A program made the position numbers and the translations under genes. From positions 1 to 64,000 of the forward strand of contig JBHJHA010000058.1 of assembly GCA_050331235.1 (NCBI GenBank): 64,000 nt of DNA, in the 5' to 3' direction. Positions 52,239 to 63,223 of this stretch are shown piece by piece; positions within the stretch are counted from its first letter, which is position 1, and every line of letters starts with the position of its first letter. The stretch is from Leptolyngbyaceae cyanobacterium. GTDB taxonomy: Bacteria > Cyanobacteriota > Cyanobacteriia > Phormidesmidales > Phormidesmidaceae. The notes below the pieces were generated by a model. That model made no database searches, was not told the origin of the DNA, and saw only the letters and a list, made by a program, of their open reading frames with translations.

Positions 52239-52388
52239 AGCCTATCTAAGACCTATCGGCCGTAAACACCATCGCTAAACAAGCGAGGCAAGCAATCACG
52301 AGTACGCTTGAGTCCAAAGCAAACAGAAGCCTAGACACATCTCCATTCAAGCATTGCTTGCCTCCGCTGATCGTCACCCAGCTACCGG

Positions 52389-53903
52389 TTAAGCCACCCG
52401 AGAAACCGGACGGTCAGTGGGAACAGCCGGCACCTGCTGCTGTCTGACTTTTGCCCACTCTTCATCGGTAAAGTTCTCATGGTAGGAACGCTCAACATTG
52501 ATATTCCAGATGTCGTGATCTTCACCCATAATATTCTTCGCCGCTAGCAGAGCAGACAACATCGAGTGGTCTTGGTTGTTATAACGGTGCATGCCGTTGC
52601 GGCCCACAGTCTGCAAATTATCAAAGGTCCGAATGTAATCTTCCAGTACTTTTAGATGGCGACGATATTCACCGTCATACACCGGATAGGCCTTGCGCTG
52701 TCGAATGATACAGCCATCTTCGACATCCTCCGGTTGGACACCTAGATTAAGGCGGACAATTTCCTCAGAAGCCAGTGCCACCAACTGAGCTTCATCCATC
52801 TCCCACAGATCATCGCCTTCACTGCAGAAGTATTCCATACCCAAGCAGGTTTTGTCGGCATCAGGCACCATTTCAGGACTCCAGTTTTTGAAGTTTTGGA
52901 TACGCCCCACACGGAATTCTGGACTGTGGATATACAGCCAGTTATCCGGAAACAGATGCTTGCGATCGATAATGAGCGACACGATCAAAAAGTCGCGATA
53001 TTTGAGGCCAGCAGCGGCTTCTAAAACTGGCTGAGGCGCGGGTGGATCGAGTCGCCGCACCAGTGCTGAAACGGGCATAGAGTTGATAAAGTGATCGCCT
53101 TTAAGCTCAAAGGTCCGCTCCGGCAAAATTCCAGCAGAATCTCGCTGTTCAGCAATCACCTTGGTAATATGGTTGCCCTGCCGTTCTACCCGAACTACCT
53201 CAGTATGCAAATGCACCGGAGAGCCGTGCATTTCTAAGATCTCTTGGCAGCGCTCCCACATCATGCCCGGCCCTAAACGGGGATAGTCAAACTTTTTAAT
53301 TAGACTCTTGGAATTTTTACTGCCAAAAAGTGCATTTAAGACCGCTTCTTTCAAGGAAAGGTTGCGAATCCGCTGAGCTGCCCAGTCAGCACGAATCTGG
53401 CTACAGGGAATACCCCACACCTTTTCGGTATACGTTTTAAAGAAAGTTCGGTACAGCCTTTCCCCAAAGGAATCAGTGACCCATTCTTCAAAGGTCTGAG
53501 GCTCCGGGCGTAGTCTTAAAAACTTTTTTGCTTTGGCTGTTAAGTAACTCAATAAAATCAGCGTGCTACGAACGACCCCTAAGTTTTTCAACGTCTTGCT
53601 GATAGACAACGGATAGTCGTAGAACTTGCCATCGTAGTAGATGCGCGATAAGCGCGGGGTTTGAATAAAGTCATGGCCCAGAATTTCTTTCCAGACGGCT
53701 TGCACCTCTCCCACCTTGGTAAAGAAGCGGTGACCACCGATATCAAACCGATAGCCCCGATAGGTCTCGGTTCGTGAAATTCCACCGACTTTATCCGCTC
53801 GCTCTAAAATAATGGACTGCTGACCATGCTTCATCAACTCGTAGCCAGCAGTGAGGCCCGCAGGTCCACCACCAACAATGATGACAGGATTGGAATTTTT
53901 CAT
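52389..53903 (-). CDS. NAD(P)/FAD-dependent oxidoreductase (sugar mutase/HemY-like superfamily)
   Basis: IVGGGPAGL, FDIGGHRFF, GRNGMHRYNNQDHSM. Confidence 0.85.
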   Translation of the reverse strand: MKNSNPVIIVGGGPAGLTAGYELMKHGQQSIILERADKVGGISRTETYRGYRFDIGGHRFFTKVGEVQAVWKEILGHDFIQTPRLSRIYYDGKFYDYPLSISKTLKNLGVVRSTLILLSYLTAKAKKFLRLRPEPQTFEEWVTDSFGERLYRTFFKTYTEKVWGIPCSQIRADWAAQRIRNLSLKEAVLNALFGSKNSKSLIKKFDYPRLGPGMMWERCQEILEMHGSPVHLHTEVVRVERQGNHITKVIAEQRDSAGILPERTFELKGDHFINSMPVSALVRRLDPPAPQPVLEAAAGLKYRDFLIVSLIIDRKHLFPDNWLYIHSPEFRVGRIQNFKNWSPEMVPDADKTCLGMEYFCSEGDDLWEMDEAQLVALASEEIVRLNLGVQPEDVEDGCIIRQRKAYPVYDGEYRRHLKVLEDYIRTFDNLQTVGRNGMHRYNNQDHSMLSALLAAKNIMGEDHDIWNINVERSYHENFTDEEWAKVRQQQVPAVPTDRPVSRVA

Positions 53904-54051
53904 AAATCAAAACCTAGCTTGCTTACTATTGGGGCTGTGAACGTAATCAAAACTGACTCATCCTGTAACTAAATCAAGATCTTGCCAGGACTCAACTTTT
54001 CGCGCAGCGATCGCCAATACTTTCACCATGTTGATCGCCAAAATCTGCCAA

Positions 54052-55104
54052 CTATGAAGAAGGGGTCCGCAACTGTCGAGACGAGGAGAAAACAGCCTGA
54101 CGCCAACGCTCAGCCTGGTGAGCCACTGTGCCATAGGCAAAAGCAGCCCCGCCATAGAGAAAATAGAACCAGTGCCAAGGAATCACTTTTAGGGTGAACC
54201 ACCACCCTCGGCAGCCCAAAAAGAAACGATAGACGTCGCGATTGATTACCAATAAACTCAGCGCACAGGCTACGGCAATGATGAACCCGAAGGGGTACCA
54301 GACACTAACAATCACGCTACCTAGCAGGACATGCGCCAGGATGACACTGAGACGATTGGCATGGCTTAGGTTGAGGTCAGCGTTGAATTGGCGATCGCGC
54401 AACAACAACCGAGTCCACGGCAACGCGCGATAAAATACCTCTGCTCGCAGAAGAGAAATCGGCTCCCATCGTTTGAGGTGTTTAATCTGGATCGATTTGC
54501 ACAATCGGATGGAATAGCCATGGCGTTTGAGACGGTACCCCAACTCAATGTCTTCAATACAGGGTTTGCGATACCGCTCATCGAAGCCCCCCACAGCCAT
54601 GAATGCGGCGCGCCGGACGGCACCGCAAGCTCCCCAAAACGTTGACGCCTCCTCAGCAGAAATCTGATGAGTGTAGTGATGGAACAGGTTTTTGTACTGG
54701 GAAAGGAAATTTTCTGCCCCTGGTTGATCGTCGTAGGAACCAATCAGGGCCCCCAAAGCAGGCTGATCTTGAAACTGCTGTTTGACCCGAGTGATTGTGT
54801 CAGGGTGCAATGTTACATCGGCATCGACAAAAAAAAGAATGTCACTTTTCGCAGCTTTGGCACCCACGTTACGAGCCCGAGCGGGGCCACCACTGTCAGG
54901 CAGTCGAAAAACCTGAGCGCCAAATGACTCTGCCACTTGCCATGAGCCGTCAGTATCGCCATCCGAAACTACGATCAGCTCATCCGGCGGTAACTGACTG
55001 CTTTGAATGCTTTCGAGGCAACGACGAAAACTTTCGCCCCCGTTGTATACGGGAATAATGACTGCGATCGCATTTCGATGACTGGTTTGCTCTAATAGAT
55101 CCAT
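54052..55104 (-). CDS. GT2 glycosyltransferase with C-terminal TM segments
   Basis: VIIPVYNG, DGDTD, FFVDAD, IEDIELG. Confidence 0.9.
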   Translation of the reverse strand: MDLLEQTSHRNAIAVIIPVYNGGESFRRCLESIQSSQLPPDELIVVSDGDTDGSWQVAESFGAQVFRLPDSGGPARARNVGAKAAKSDILFFVDADVTLHPDTITRVKQQFQDQPALGALIGSYDDQPGAENFLSQYKNLFHHYTHQISAEEASTFWGACGAVRRAAFMAVGGFDERYRKPCIEDIELGYRLKRHGYSIRLCKSIQIKHLKRWEPISLLRAEVFYRALPWTRLLLRDRQFNADLNLSHANRLSVILAHVLLGSVIVSVWYPFGFIIAVACALSLLVINRDVYRFFLGCRGWWFTLKVIPWHWFYFLYGGAAFAYGTVAHQAERWRQAVFSSSRQLRTPSS

Positions 55105-56059
55105 CGCGAAGTAAAGCCTGATTAACGTCAATCACAACCAAATGAAGGCATTGTTTGAGTTCGTAGTATCGGAATGAAGCCTGATTAGCTATCAAGCGAC
55201 ACATCAATCTCAAGTTTCAGAACATTTGATGGTTAGGGAGTGCCTCAGAGTTAAAAACAAAACATAAACTCCTAAGGTACTGACTTTTACTCTAGACTGA
55301 TATCCTCCTAAGCAAAAGACTTAAGGCATTCAGAACACAAGAAACAAAGCAGAAAGCGGCCCTAAAGCTGCGTATCAATTACTACTCAAAATACAGAGCT
55401 CACAGGTCGATATCGATGCAAAATCACCATCCCTCATGCCTTATTTAAAGCCTCAAAAGCGAGCCTAAAGATCAGAACAGCAAGCCTTTCAGCCAATTAA
55501 GCACCTCTCAGAAATTGTTCAGACCAAGCCTTTAATCCAAATGAAATGGTCTCAAATCCTGAAGGCTACAACAGTTCGTTTGGCAACGTTTTAACGCCTC
55601 AATTTTGACTGAGGTGAAGTAAAATTTACCTCTTTAGACTATTGGGTTTATTTATTGAATGGCAAGTAATTTGCAGGGCTTCATCTGAGCTTCATGAAAT
55701 CCATAAGTTCATAAAAATTCCTCAGGGATCTTACCAAGGAGAGATTGCCAACCAGCGGAGTTGTGGGGTGTCCGAGGCGGGCAGTTTTCCATATAGTTGC
55801 TCAGGTATAGATCATTTACCCATGCGAGCTATGCCAATTTTGTAAACCGTGGTCACGGATACAAGCATGCCGAGCAGTAGGAACGAGGCAGAGGGGCAGT
55901 TCAGCCTTTACCTGAAATAGATAGGTCAATAGCTAGCAGAACCGGACTTAAGCGATCGCTCATGATCGCTAGGGCAGCAGTTCTTGCATTGACATCACCA
56001 GTGGTTAAGCGCATTTGACCGCGAGTTGAGGATCGCTCAACGGACGGTCTTTCTCTATG

Positions 56060-57244
56060 TTATCCGGACGACTGTACCCTGGGGTGCGTCGCTTGCAAAG
56101 CCAGGATCGTCTCTCGGCAAGCTCGGGCCGTCCGATCAATTTCTTCTGCGGTGTTAAAGCGGCCGATTCCAAATCGCAGCGAAGCGTAAGCCATTTCATC
56201 GCGATGTCCTAAGGCTTTTAGCACGTGGGAAGGGGCAACATTGGCTGAACTACAGGCAGCACCGGAAGAGACTGCCGCCACCGAGCGAAGACCCAACAAT
56301 AGAGCTTGTCCGTCGACTCCAGCCACGCTGATATTGAGATTGTTGGCCAGTCGCTGGGTGGGATGCCCATTCATAGAGACGCCTGGTAAATCTTGAAGCT
56401 GACTCCAGAGGCGATTGCGGAGTGCCGCGATCCGCGATTGCTCACTCGCTTGTCCCTGCCAAGCCAACGCCAAGGCTTTGCCCAAACCGACAATCTGGGG
56501 AGTGTAGAGTGTACCCGAGCGTCGTCCTCGTTCTTGTCCTCCACCGTGGAGTTGCGGTGCCAAGGTCACGCGCGGCTGCCGGCGACGGACATATAGGGCA
56601 CCGATACCCTTGGGTCCATAGATTTTGTGGGCGGTGAGCGATAGCAAATCAATTTGCTGGGCTTGAACATCAAGGTCAATTTTGCCAATTGCCTGGGCGG
56701 CATCGGTATGAAACAGGACGCCTCGCTCACGGCAACAATGGCCAATGGCGGCCAGCGGTTGCAAGACTCCAATTTCGTTGTTAGCCGCCATAACCGACAC
56801 TAAGATAGTGTCCTCCCGTAGCGATCGGGCCAGTTCATCAATATCGATCAAGCCGTCCTGGCCCACGGGCAAATAGGTGATCTCAAAGCCCAGGGTCTCT
56901 AAATAGCGACAGGGATCTAGCACAGCACTGTGCTCGGTTTGCACAGTCACAATGTGACGACCCCGATTGAAATAGGCTTCGGCAACGCCCTTAATAGCTA
57001 AATTGTTGGCCTCCGTCGCACCGCTGGTAAAGACCACTTCCTCGGGGCTAGCGTGAATGCCCTGGGCGATAATTTCCCGCGATCGCTCCACGGCAGCGGC
57101 AGCTGACCACCCATAGGCATGGCCCACGCTCGCAGGATTGCCAAAGTGCTCCGTAAAAAAAGGCAGCATGGCCTCGACAACTTGTGGGTCAACTGGGGTA
57201 GTCGCGTGGCAGTCTAAGTAAATGGGTTTTAGGTCACGGCTCAT
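56060..57244 (-). CDS. Cysteine desulfurase (IscS/NifS-like)
   Basis: YLDCHATTP, FTSGATE, HKIYGPKG, SSGAACSS. Confidence 0.93.
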   Translation of the reverse strand: MSRDLKPIYLDCHATTPVDPQVVEAMLPFFTEHFGNPASVGHAYGWSAAAAVERSREIIAQGIHASPEEVVFTSGATEANNLAIKGVAEAYFNRGRHIVTVQTEHSAVLDPCRYLETLGFEITYLPVGQDGLIDIDELARSLREDTILVSVMAANNEIGVLQPLAAIGHCCRERGVLFHTDAAQAIGKIDLDVQAQQIDLLSLTAHKIYGPKGIGALYVRRRQPRVTLAPQLHGGGQERGRRSGTLYTPQIVGLGKALALAWQGQASEQSRIAALRNRLWSQLQDLPGVSMNGHPTQRLANNLNISVAGVDGQALLLGLRSVAAVSSGAACSSANVAPSHVLKALGHRDEMAYASLRFGIGRFNTAEEIDRTARACRETILALQATHPRVQSSG

Positions 57245-57255
57245 AGGTCAACGCG

Positions 57256-57816
57256 ATGAATACCCCAAGTCACAGCATTCTCAATTTAGCGATTTTAGAC
57301 CGAGCCGGACTGAAAGGCTGTACCTGGCCCATTTTGATTGGTAGCTGGCTACCCGATATCGCGATGTTTGTCTTCTATGGGTGGGCTAGCTGGCAGCAAC
57401 TCCCCCCCGCCACCATTTGGCAGGAAGCCTACTATGAGCCCTTCTGGCAAAATATTTTTGCCGTCGGCAACTCCATTCCGTTGGCTATGTTGGGCATTGG
57501 CTGGGGTCTCTGGAGACGACAACGCTGGGCGATCGCGCTCTTTGCCAGTATGCTGCTTCATCATTTAGGCGATTTGCCTCTACATCATGAAGATGCCCAC
57601 CAACATTTTTGGCCTCTGACTAACTATCGCTTCGTGAGCCCCGTCTCCTATTGGGACAGAGATCATTACGGCATGTATGGAGCCCTACTGGAACTGATAC
57701 TGACAGCGATCGCGAGCCTGCATCTACTGAAAAGACTACGATCCACTTGGGGCAAAGCCCTAATCATTTCAACTAACTGCGCCTATCTGTTCGGCTATTG
57801 GCAACTATATCTGTGA
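57256..57816 (+). CDS. Membrane protein, putative metal-dependent hydrolase
   Basis: TPSH, LPD, HHLGD..HH motifs with TM segments. Confidence 0.65.
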   Translation: MNTPSHSILNLAILDRAGLKGCTWPILIGSWLPDIAMFVFYGWASWQQLPPATIWQEAYYEPFWQNIFAVGNSIPLAMLGIGWGLWRRQRWAIALFASMLLHHLGDLPLHHEDAHQHFWPLTNYRFVSPVSYWDRDHYGMYGALLELILTAIASLHLLKRLRSTWGKALIISTNCAYLFGYWQLYL

Positions 57817-57950
57817 ATGGACGCCTTTCGTCCCCTACATAAAGTCCTCTCTGGTACCAAAGACTACAAACCTGTAGCTAATGGCAGATTACGCTATGGT
57901 GCAATTAATTCTTTAATTTTTGTAAATTGCACTGCAATCGGTTGAATTCT

Positions 57951-58562
57951 ATGCATCAGTCGGCATTTAATCTTTCCCAGATTCTTATTGAGGTTGGCGC
58001 CGTACCAGGAAAGGACTTTTCGTGTGATCCAGTGCAGCAGGCGTATCACCTCAATGACAGATGCTATGAGCTCTTACAATCAGCGCATCCAGAAATCGAT
58101 TGGCAAGACATTCTGGGACATCCCTACAAAGATGTCGGCAAGCGGATAGAGGCTCTACACCAGCAATTAGGAGAGCCATTTATCAATAATCTCTTGGCCC
58201 AAATGTCCCATCGGCTGACGCTGCTGACTGATGACCAAGCAGCAGGCTACGTAAGAGCTATCTTGGCCGGTATCGAAAGCGCTACCGGCATCGCGCTCTA
58301 CCCTTTTCTTGTAGAAACGCTCAATCTATCTGAGCAAGCTCGGTTAGAGTGGCTGCTGCGCCAAGAGGTAATTGCCATTCCTGGCGAAGTTTGCCTAATT
58401 GACCTCTTAGAAGCTTCTGGTGCCACTAGCGTAGACTTTGAAGTTCAAGAGGGTGAAGTCTGGTTGACGGAAACCGGATGGCAACGCCTCGCCTTAGTTT
58501 GGGACAGTGAATGCCTGCTGAGTGAACCGGCATCGGCCACGCAGTCACCTCAGCAGACATAA
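57951..58562 (+). CDS. Hypothetical protein
   Basis: About 200-aa ORF with ATG at 57951. Confidence 0.7.
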   Translation: MHQSAFNLSQILIEVGAVPGKDFSCDPVQQAYHLNDRCYELLQSAHPEIDWQDILGHPYKDVGKRIEALHQQLGEPFINNLLAQMSHRLTLLTDDQAAGYVRAILAGIESATGIALYPFLVETLNLSEQARLEWLLRQEVIAIPGEVCLIDLLEASGATSVDFEVQEGEVWLTETGWQRLALVWDSECLLSEPASATQSPQQT

Positions 58563-58773
58563 CTAACCGCGCAGTCAAATAATGCTGCTGTTCCTCCACT
58601 GACATCAATCCAGATGAGCCCTGCGCAGTTAGCGATATTCAAACAGTCACGGCGGCGGCACGATCGCGGTGGCAACAGAGTAGTGGAATCTGGCGATCGC
58701 TATTCACATTCCTTCAGCTTTGCCAGTCTTCTATGCCAATAATACTAAAGACTGCATTGTGAGTTTTCTGCCC

Positions 58774-59400
58774 ATGGCCCGTCTTTCCGTTGAGCTGAGC
58801 AATTTTTTCTTTGATGAATCGCGCGCTGAACAGATCACGCTCGGCGACATTCTCAATTTGGCTGGCGAACGTACTTTTGGCTTTCTATTTGTGTTGTTGG
58901 CTTTGCCATCAGCGCTCCCCATTCCTGCACCAGGGTACTCTACGCCCTTTGGCATTGTGATGTTCCTGCTAGCGGTGCAGCTCATTGCTGGACGAGAGCG
59001 GCCTTGGCTGCCCCATGGCTGGAAACAAAAAGGCTTTGGCTTAGCTCAAGTGCAGGGTGTCGTTAAAGGGGGACTTCCTTGGCTAGAGCGCATCGAAGTG
59101 TTATCACGCCCCCGCATTTCTATGGTTTGTACAAGTCGTTGGGGCCGAGCGATTTTAGGCATTGTGATCGCGCTAATGTCTGTCTGCATGATGATCCCCA
59201 TTCCGGGAACCAACACCTTGCCGGCGATCGGCGTTTTTGTGACTGGGTTTGGGCTCCTCGATGACGACGGCTTCATCAGTCTCATTGGCCTCACGATTTG
59301 CCTGCTGGCCGGCAGCCTAGTAATCGTCATTTTGTTCGCCGGCGTTCAAGGCGGTTCCGCAGCGTTGAAGTTTATCCTCAACGGGTTTTCGACTCCTTAG
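58774..59400 (+). CDS. ExoD-family exopolysaccharide biosynthesis protein
   Basis: LPSALPIPAPG, PWLP, IPIPGTNTLP, DDG. Confidence 0.88.
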   Translation: MARLSVELSNFFFDESRAEQITLGDILNLAGERTFGFLFVLLALPSALPIPAPGYSTPFGIVMFLLAVQLIAGRERPWLPHGWKQKGFGLAQVQGVVKGGLPWLERIEVLSRPRISMVCTSRWGRAILGIVIALMSVCMMIPIPGTNTLPAIGVFVTGFGLLDDDGFISLIGLTICLLAGSLVIVILFAGVQGGSAALKFILNGFSTP

Positions 59401-59848
59401 GATCTGGCGGGCAAGATATCCGCTTAATCTGATTGCTAGTCCGTTCAGCCTTAGGGCTGAGCTTTGGCGGGGCGACGGCCTCATCTGGCAAACAGCCCTC
59501 TAGAGACAGTCCTTAGAATTTCGCTATTCAGTATCCAAGAATACCGTTTACTTTTTTGCCAAGGAAAGAATGTCGCACTGTTCTAAATTGTGCTGTTTGG
59601 CAGCTAATTGATTGAATAACTGGATTGGGATCAACCCTTATCGCCCAAAAATGAATCAGGATCCCTTAGTTCATGAAAATACGTAATTCAATTGATTCGC
59701 TGCAGACGCGACTAGTTACTTATATAGATATTCGCAACAAAACATTTCAATAGCCCCCTTAAACCTCAAGTAATTCTAAGACTTTTCCAATCGTAAGCAT
59801 TGAGTGTCTACGATGAAGTTGTAGGCCCATGATGCCCCGGAGAGTCCG

Positions 59849-60025
59849 ATGGATAAGACCTTGTTACTCCTTCTAGTTGTCAGTGGTTTGCTACTAACGG
59901 TATTGGCCCCCCAGGCAACCATGACTTTAGCTGCTGTGATGGTGCTGTCGGTGTTGACGACTCGCGTCATTTGGGCCATCGTTCAGTCCTTTGAGGAAGC
60001 CAGCCCCTATCGCGCGATCGACTAA
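59849..60025 (+). CDS. 58-aa small membrane protein (not in the ORF track)
   Basis: MDKTLLLLLVVSGLLLTVLAPQATMTLAAVMVLSVLTTRVIWAIVQSFEEASPYRAID; GGAG upstream. Confidence 0.55.
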   Translation: MDKTLLLLLVVSGLLLTVLAPQATMTLAAVMVLSVLTTRVIWAIVQSFEEASPYRAID

Positions 60026-60334
60026 CTGAGTTTTGTCAGCTGAGTGTATGGCTGTCAGAGACGATGCCGAAAACCGCGTTCTCCTGACTAGTGCCTGTCA
60101 CAACCGGTGAAGCTGTAGCCATGCAGCTTCACTTTTTTGCGGGCATTTAGCACTACAATCTGCATCGTCAAAAACTGCAATCTGCGTTGTCAAAATAGGA
60201 TATGGCCAGCGATAAGTAGGTTTGTCATAGCATCTTAATTGGCAAATTTAAGTGGTGTTTGCGTGCGGATCAGCAGCACGGTTTTCCGATACACCCTACA
60301 ATCAGCTATGGGCTGGACTAGGAAGACCGATCGC

Positions 60335-61477
60335 ATGACAGCGCTAGATGACATTACTCAAGAATGGTCAACCCGATTAGCGGCTGAACTCGCTGATGAG
60401 AGCGCAAATTCTCGGCAGAGCATTTTGACTTGGCTGTTAGGACCGCATCCTGAACGCTTTGATGAAGCGACGGATCCTGCTAGGCAAAAAATTCTGGCGC
60501 AGGCTTTGGAGTATCGATATCAGATTTTGCGCCAGCGCTATTGGCAGATAAGTCCCGATCGCGCTTACAAGCAGTTAATTAAGCGCTTGAGTAGCCTCTT
60601 TTTAGTCCGGAGCAAAGTCAAAACCTGGATTGCGCTTAGTCGCGATCGCCGCCGCACGGTGACTGATGTGCTGCAAGAAGTCATTCAGGAAATGCTGCGC
60701 AGCGATCGCTATCTCAAGGAACAAGTTGTGTGGATTGGCGAATGCTCACCGCGATCGCAGATCCGTAATCTCCTGATGCTGGCCACAGTTGAAGAGTACT
60801 GCCTCCGCCCGATTCGCAATCAACCGTTGTTGGTTTACCGATTTGTCAACTATCTGCGGCGTTCCCAGCGCGGGGGCATGACGAATATTCCGTCTGGGGA
60901 AATGATCCGCCTCATCTCAGAGGAAATCGGCACCGACGAACCGGACTCGTCGATGAGTCTGCTAGATGTGGAAGCCGTCTCACAATACGCAATGCAGACC
61001 AATGCCGAAGAAGCCCAAGTCGTTAGGGAACAGGTCAAAACGAGCTTTATCCAATATTTGCAAGAGACCCTGGACCAAACCGCTGTGGCATGGCTGGAGC
61101 TCCATCTCCAGGGATTTTCTCAGGATGCGATCGCCCAGCGATTAGACCTATCGACGAAGGAAGCTTACCGACTTCGAGAAAAGATTCGCTATCACGCAAT
61201 TCGAGTCTTTACGCTAAAAGAGCAACCTGAGCTGGTCTTGGGCTGGCTCAAAACCTCTTTGAAAGAGCATAATCTTGGGCTCATTCCAGAGCAGTGGGAA
61301 GCTTTTCAATCAAGTCGCACCCCCTTGCAGACCAGAATTTTGCAAGGGCTCAAAGCAGGCAAGAGCTTTGATGAGATTGCCCACGATACCAATCTCAAAG
61401 TCAAGCAAATTACGGGAGAATGGGCACAGATCTACCTCGATGCTCAAAGCCTCCGGCAGGATGCCAGCGCCTCCTAA
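60335..61477 (+). CDS. HetZ-related protein
   Basis: EYRYQILRQRY, TWIALSRDR, EEYCLRPIRNQPLLVYRFVNYLRR, HTH-like SQDAIAQRL; start uncertain. Confidence 0.75.
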   Translation: MTALDDITQEWSTRLAAELADESANSRQSILTWLLGPHPERFDEATDPARQKILAQALEYRYQILRQRYWQISPDRAYKQLIKRLSSLFLVRSKVKTWIALSRDRRRTVTDVLQEVIQEMLRSDRYLKEQVVWIGECSPRSQIRNLLMLATVEEYCLRPIRNQPLLVYRFVNYLRRSQRGGMTNIPSGEMIRLISEEIGTDEPDSSMSLLDVEAVSQYAMQTNAEEAQVVREQVKTSFIQYLQETLDQTAVAWLELHLQGFSQDAIAQRLDLSTKEAYRLREKIRYHAIRVFTLKEQPELVLGWLKTSLKEHNLGLIPEQWEAFQSSRTPLQTRILQGLKAGKSFDEIAHDTNLKVKQITGEWAQIYLDAQSLRQDASAS

Positions 61478-61522
61478 CTGGATGACTATCAGTTTTGCTG
61501 TTTTGATTGCTTCCCAAGCGCT

Positions 61523-62293
61523 ATGGAACCGCTACTCACCATTCAGGCACTGACTAAGTCTTACGGAGCAATTTGCGCCTGCGATCGCATCTCGTTTTCG
61601 CTATATCCCGGACAGGTGTTGGGCATCATCGGCGAGTCTGGCTCTGGTAAAAGTACGCTGCTCAACTGTATCGCTGGCGAAATGCTCATCGATAGCGGCA
61701 CCATTGCCTATCGAGATCGCGGTGGTACTCTGATCAATTTGCGCACCCTGCCAGAGCCCCAGCGCCGTCGTCTGATGAAAACGGAATGGGGCTTTGTGCG
61801 GCAAAATCCCCGGGATGGCCTACGCATGGGCGTAACCGCCGGGGCCAACATCGGAGAGCGGCTCTTGGACGTTGGCGTACGGCACTACGGCAATATCCGC
61901 ACGGAAGCCCAGGCATGGCTCACGCAAGTCGAAATTCCGGCGCTGCGAATGGATGATTTACCTAGCACCTTTTCCGGTGGTATGCAGCAGCGTTTACAGC
62001 TCGCTCGTATCTTAGTCACCCAGCCTAGTTTAGTGTTGATGGATGAACCCACCGGGGGACTCGATGTCTCTGTGCAGGCAAAACTGCTGGATTTGATGCG
62101 ATCGCTGGTGCGGACCTTACATCTCAGCGTCATCTTGGTTACCCACGATATGGGTGTCGTGCGCCTCCTGGCCCATCGGCTGCTCGTGATGCAAAACGGC
62201 CAAGTCGTTGAGTCCGGTTTGACGGATCAGGTGCTGGACGATCCGCAGCATCCCTACACTCAACAGCTTGTCAGTGCCACCCTGACCCCTTAG
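61523..62293 (+). CDS. phnK: Phosphonate C-P lyase ATP-binding subunit
   Basis: GESGSGKS, TEWGFVRQNPRDGLRM..AGANIGERL, FSGGMQQRLQ, GLTDQVLDDPQHPYTQ. Confidence 0.9.
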   Translation: MEPLLTIQALTKSYGAICACDRISFSLYPGQVLGIIGESGSGKSTLLNCIAGEMLIDSGTIAYRDRGGTLINLRTLPEPQRRRLMKTEWGFVRQNPRDGLRMGVTAGANIGERLLDVGVRHYGNIRTEAQAWLTQVEIPALRMDDLPSTFSGGMQQRLQLARILVTQPSLVLMDEPTGGLDVSVQAKLLDLMRSLVRTLHLSVILVTHDMGVVRLLAHRLLVMQNGQVVESGLTDQVLDDPQHPYTQQLVSATLTP

Positions 62294-62379
62294 TCAACGC
62301 GAGCTCATATTGGCTCAGAGTCAACTGATTGCCCAGCGGACGCCTAAGCTGAGCTAATCAAGAGGCCTCAGTCAAACAT

Positions 62380-63063
62380 CTACGAAGCACTAGAAGCGCT
62401 GTGATGGGGCAATCGCGCATCAATGAAGGGCAGGGTTTCTTCTTCAACTGCCGCCGCCGCGCACCAAGATTGAATCGGTTCTAAGTTGCGCACTGCAGTT
62501 ACAAAATCCTGGGCCACTGGATTGAGCTCGATGCCATAGGTCACAAACCGCAAGGCTACAGGCGCGTACATGACATCAGCAATCGAAAAATCGCCACAGA
62601 GCCATGGGCCCTGGTAGCGTTCAAAGCAGTCTTGCCACAGCGCTTCGACTCGCTGGATTTCCGCTCGCGCATGACTAGAAAAATCGTCCAGCGATCGCTG
62701 CTGGCAAACTCGCAAATTTTGCGGTAGCTCCTCACGAATCGCCATGAACCCCGAATGCATTTCCATCGCAATCGAACGAGCATGGGCTCGGGCAGTGCGT
62801 TCTTCGGGCCAACCAACCGTATCGGGCCGGGTTTCCCGCAGATATTCCATAATGGCCAGCGAGTCCCAAACGGCCAATTCATCCTCGATCAGCACCGGCA
62901 CCTTACCCGCTGGTGTATAACGCGCAATCTCCGCTTCCCACTGCGCCGTAAATAGTGCTAACCGCACTTCTTCAAACTCAAGCTGGCTTCGTTTCATAAA
63001 TAGCCAAGCCCGCAATGACCAGGAAGAGTAATTTTTGTTGCCGATGATCAGCTTTAAAGACAC
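62380..63063 (-). CDS. Glutathione S-transferase family protein
   Basis: GNKNYSSWSLR, GKVP, WDSLAI, EMHSGF, FSIAD. Confidence 0.9.
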   Translation of the reverse strand: MSLKLIIGNKNYSSWSLRAWLFMKRSQLEFEEVRLALFTAQWEAEIARYTPAGKVPVLIEDELAVWDSLAIMEYLRETRPDTVGWPEERTARAHARSIAMEMHSGFMAIREELPQNLRVCQQRSLDDFSSHARAEIQRVEALWQDCFERYQGPWLCGDFSIADVMYAPVALRFVTYGIELNPVAQDFVTAVRNLEPIQSWCAAAAVEEETLPFIDARLPHHSASSAS

Positions 63064-63223
63064 CCGTAACGCCCTCTTCAGAACCTGATTTCAGAAACGT
63101 GCTGCCTGGTTGGCAAGAAAATAGGGCATCTGTGCTCGTAAAGATCGAGATTCCGCCCTATTGCCGCAATTTGAAATACGGTCAACCGGATTCTTGACAG
63201 CCTAGCGTTTCTGCAAGTTCCCA

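Noticed and set aside
52273..52367. Imperfect inverted repeat between the oxidoreductase and GT2 genes
   Set aside because: Long loop, single occurrence, no further support
55105..56059. Long intergenic region as a possible ncRNA or riboswitch
   Set aside because: No recognisable motif by eye; needs a covariance-model search
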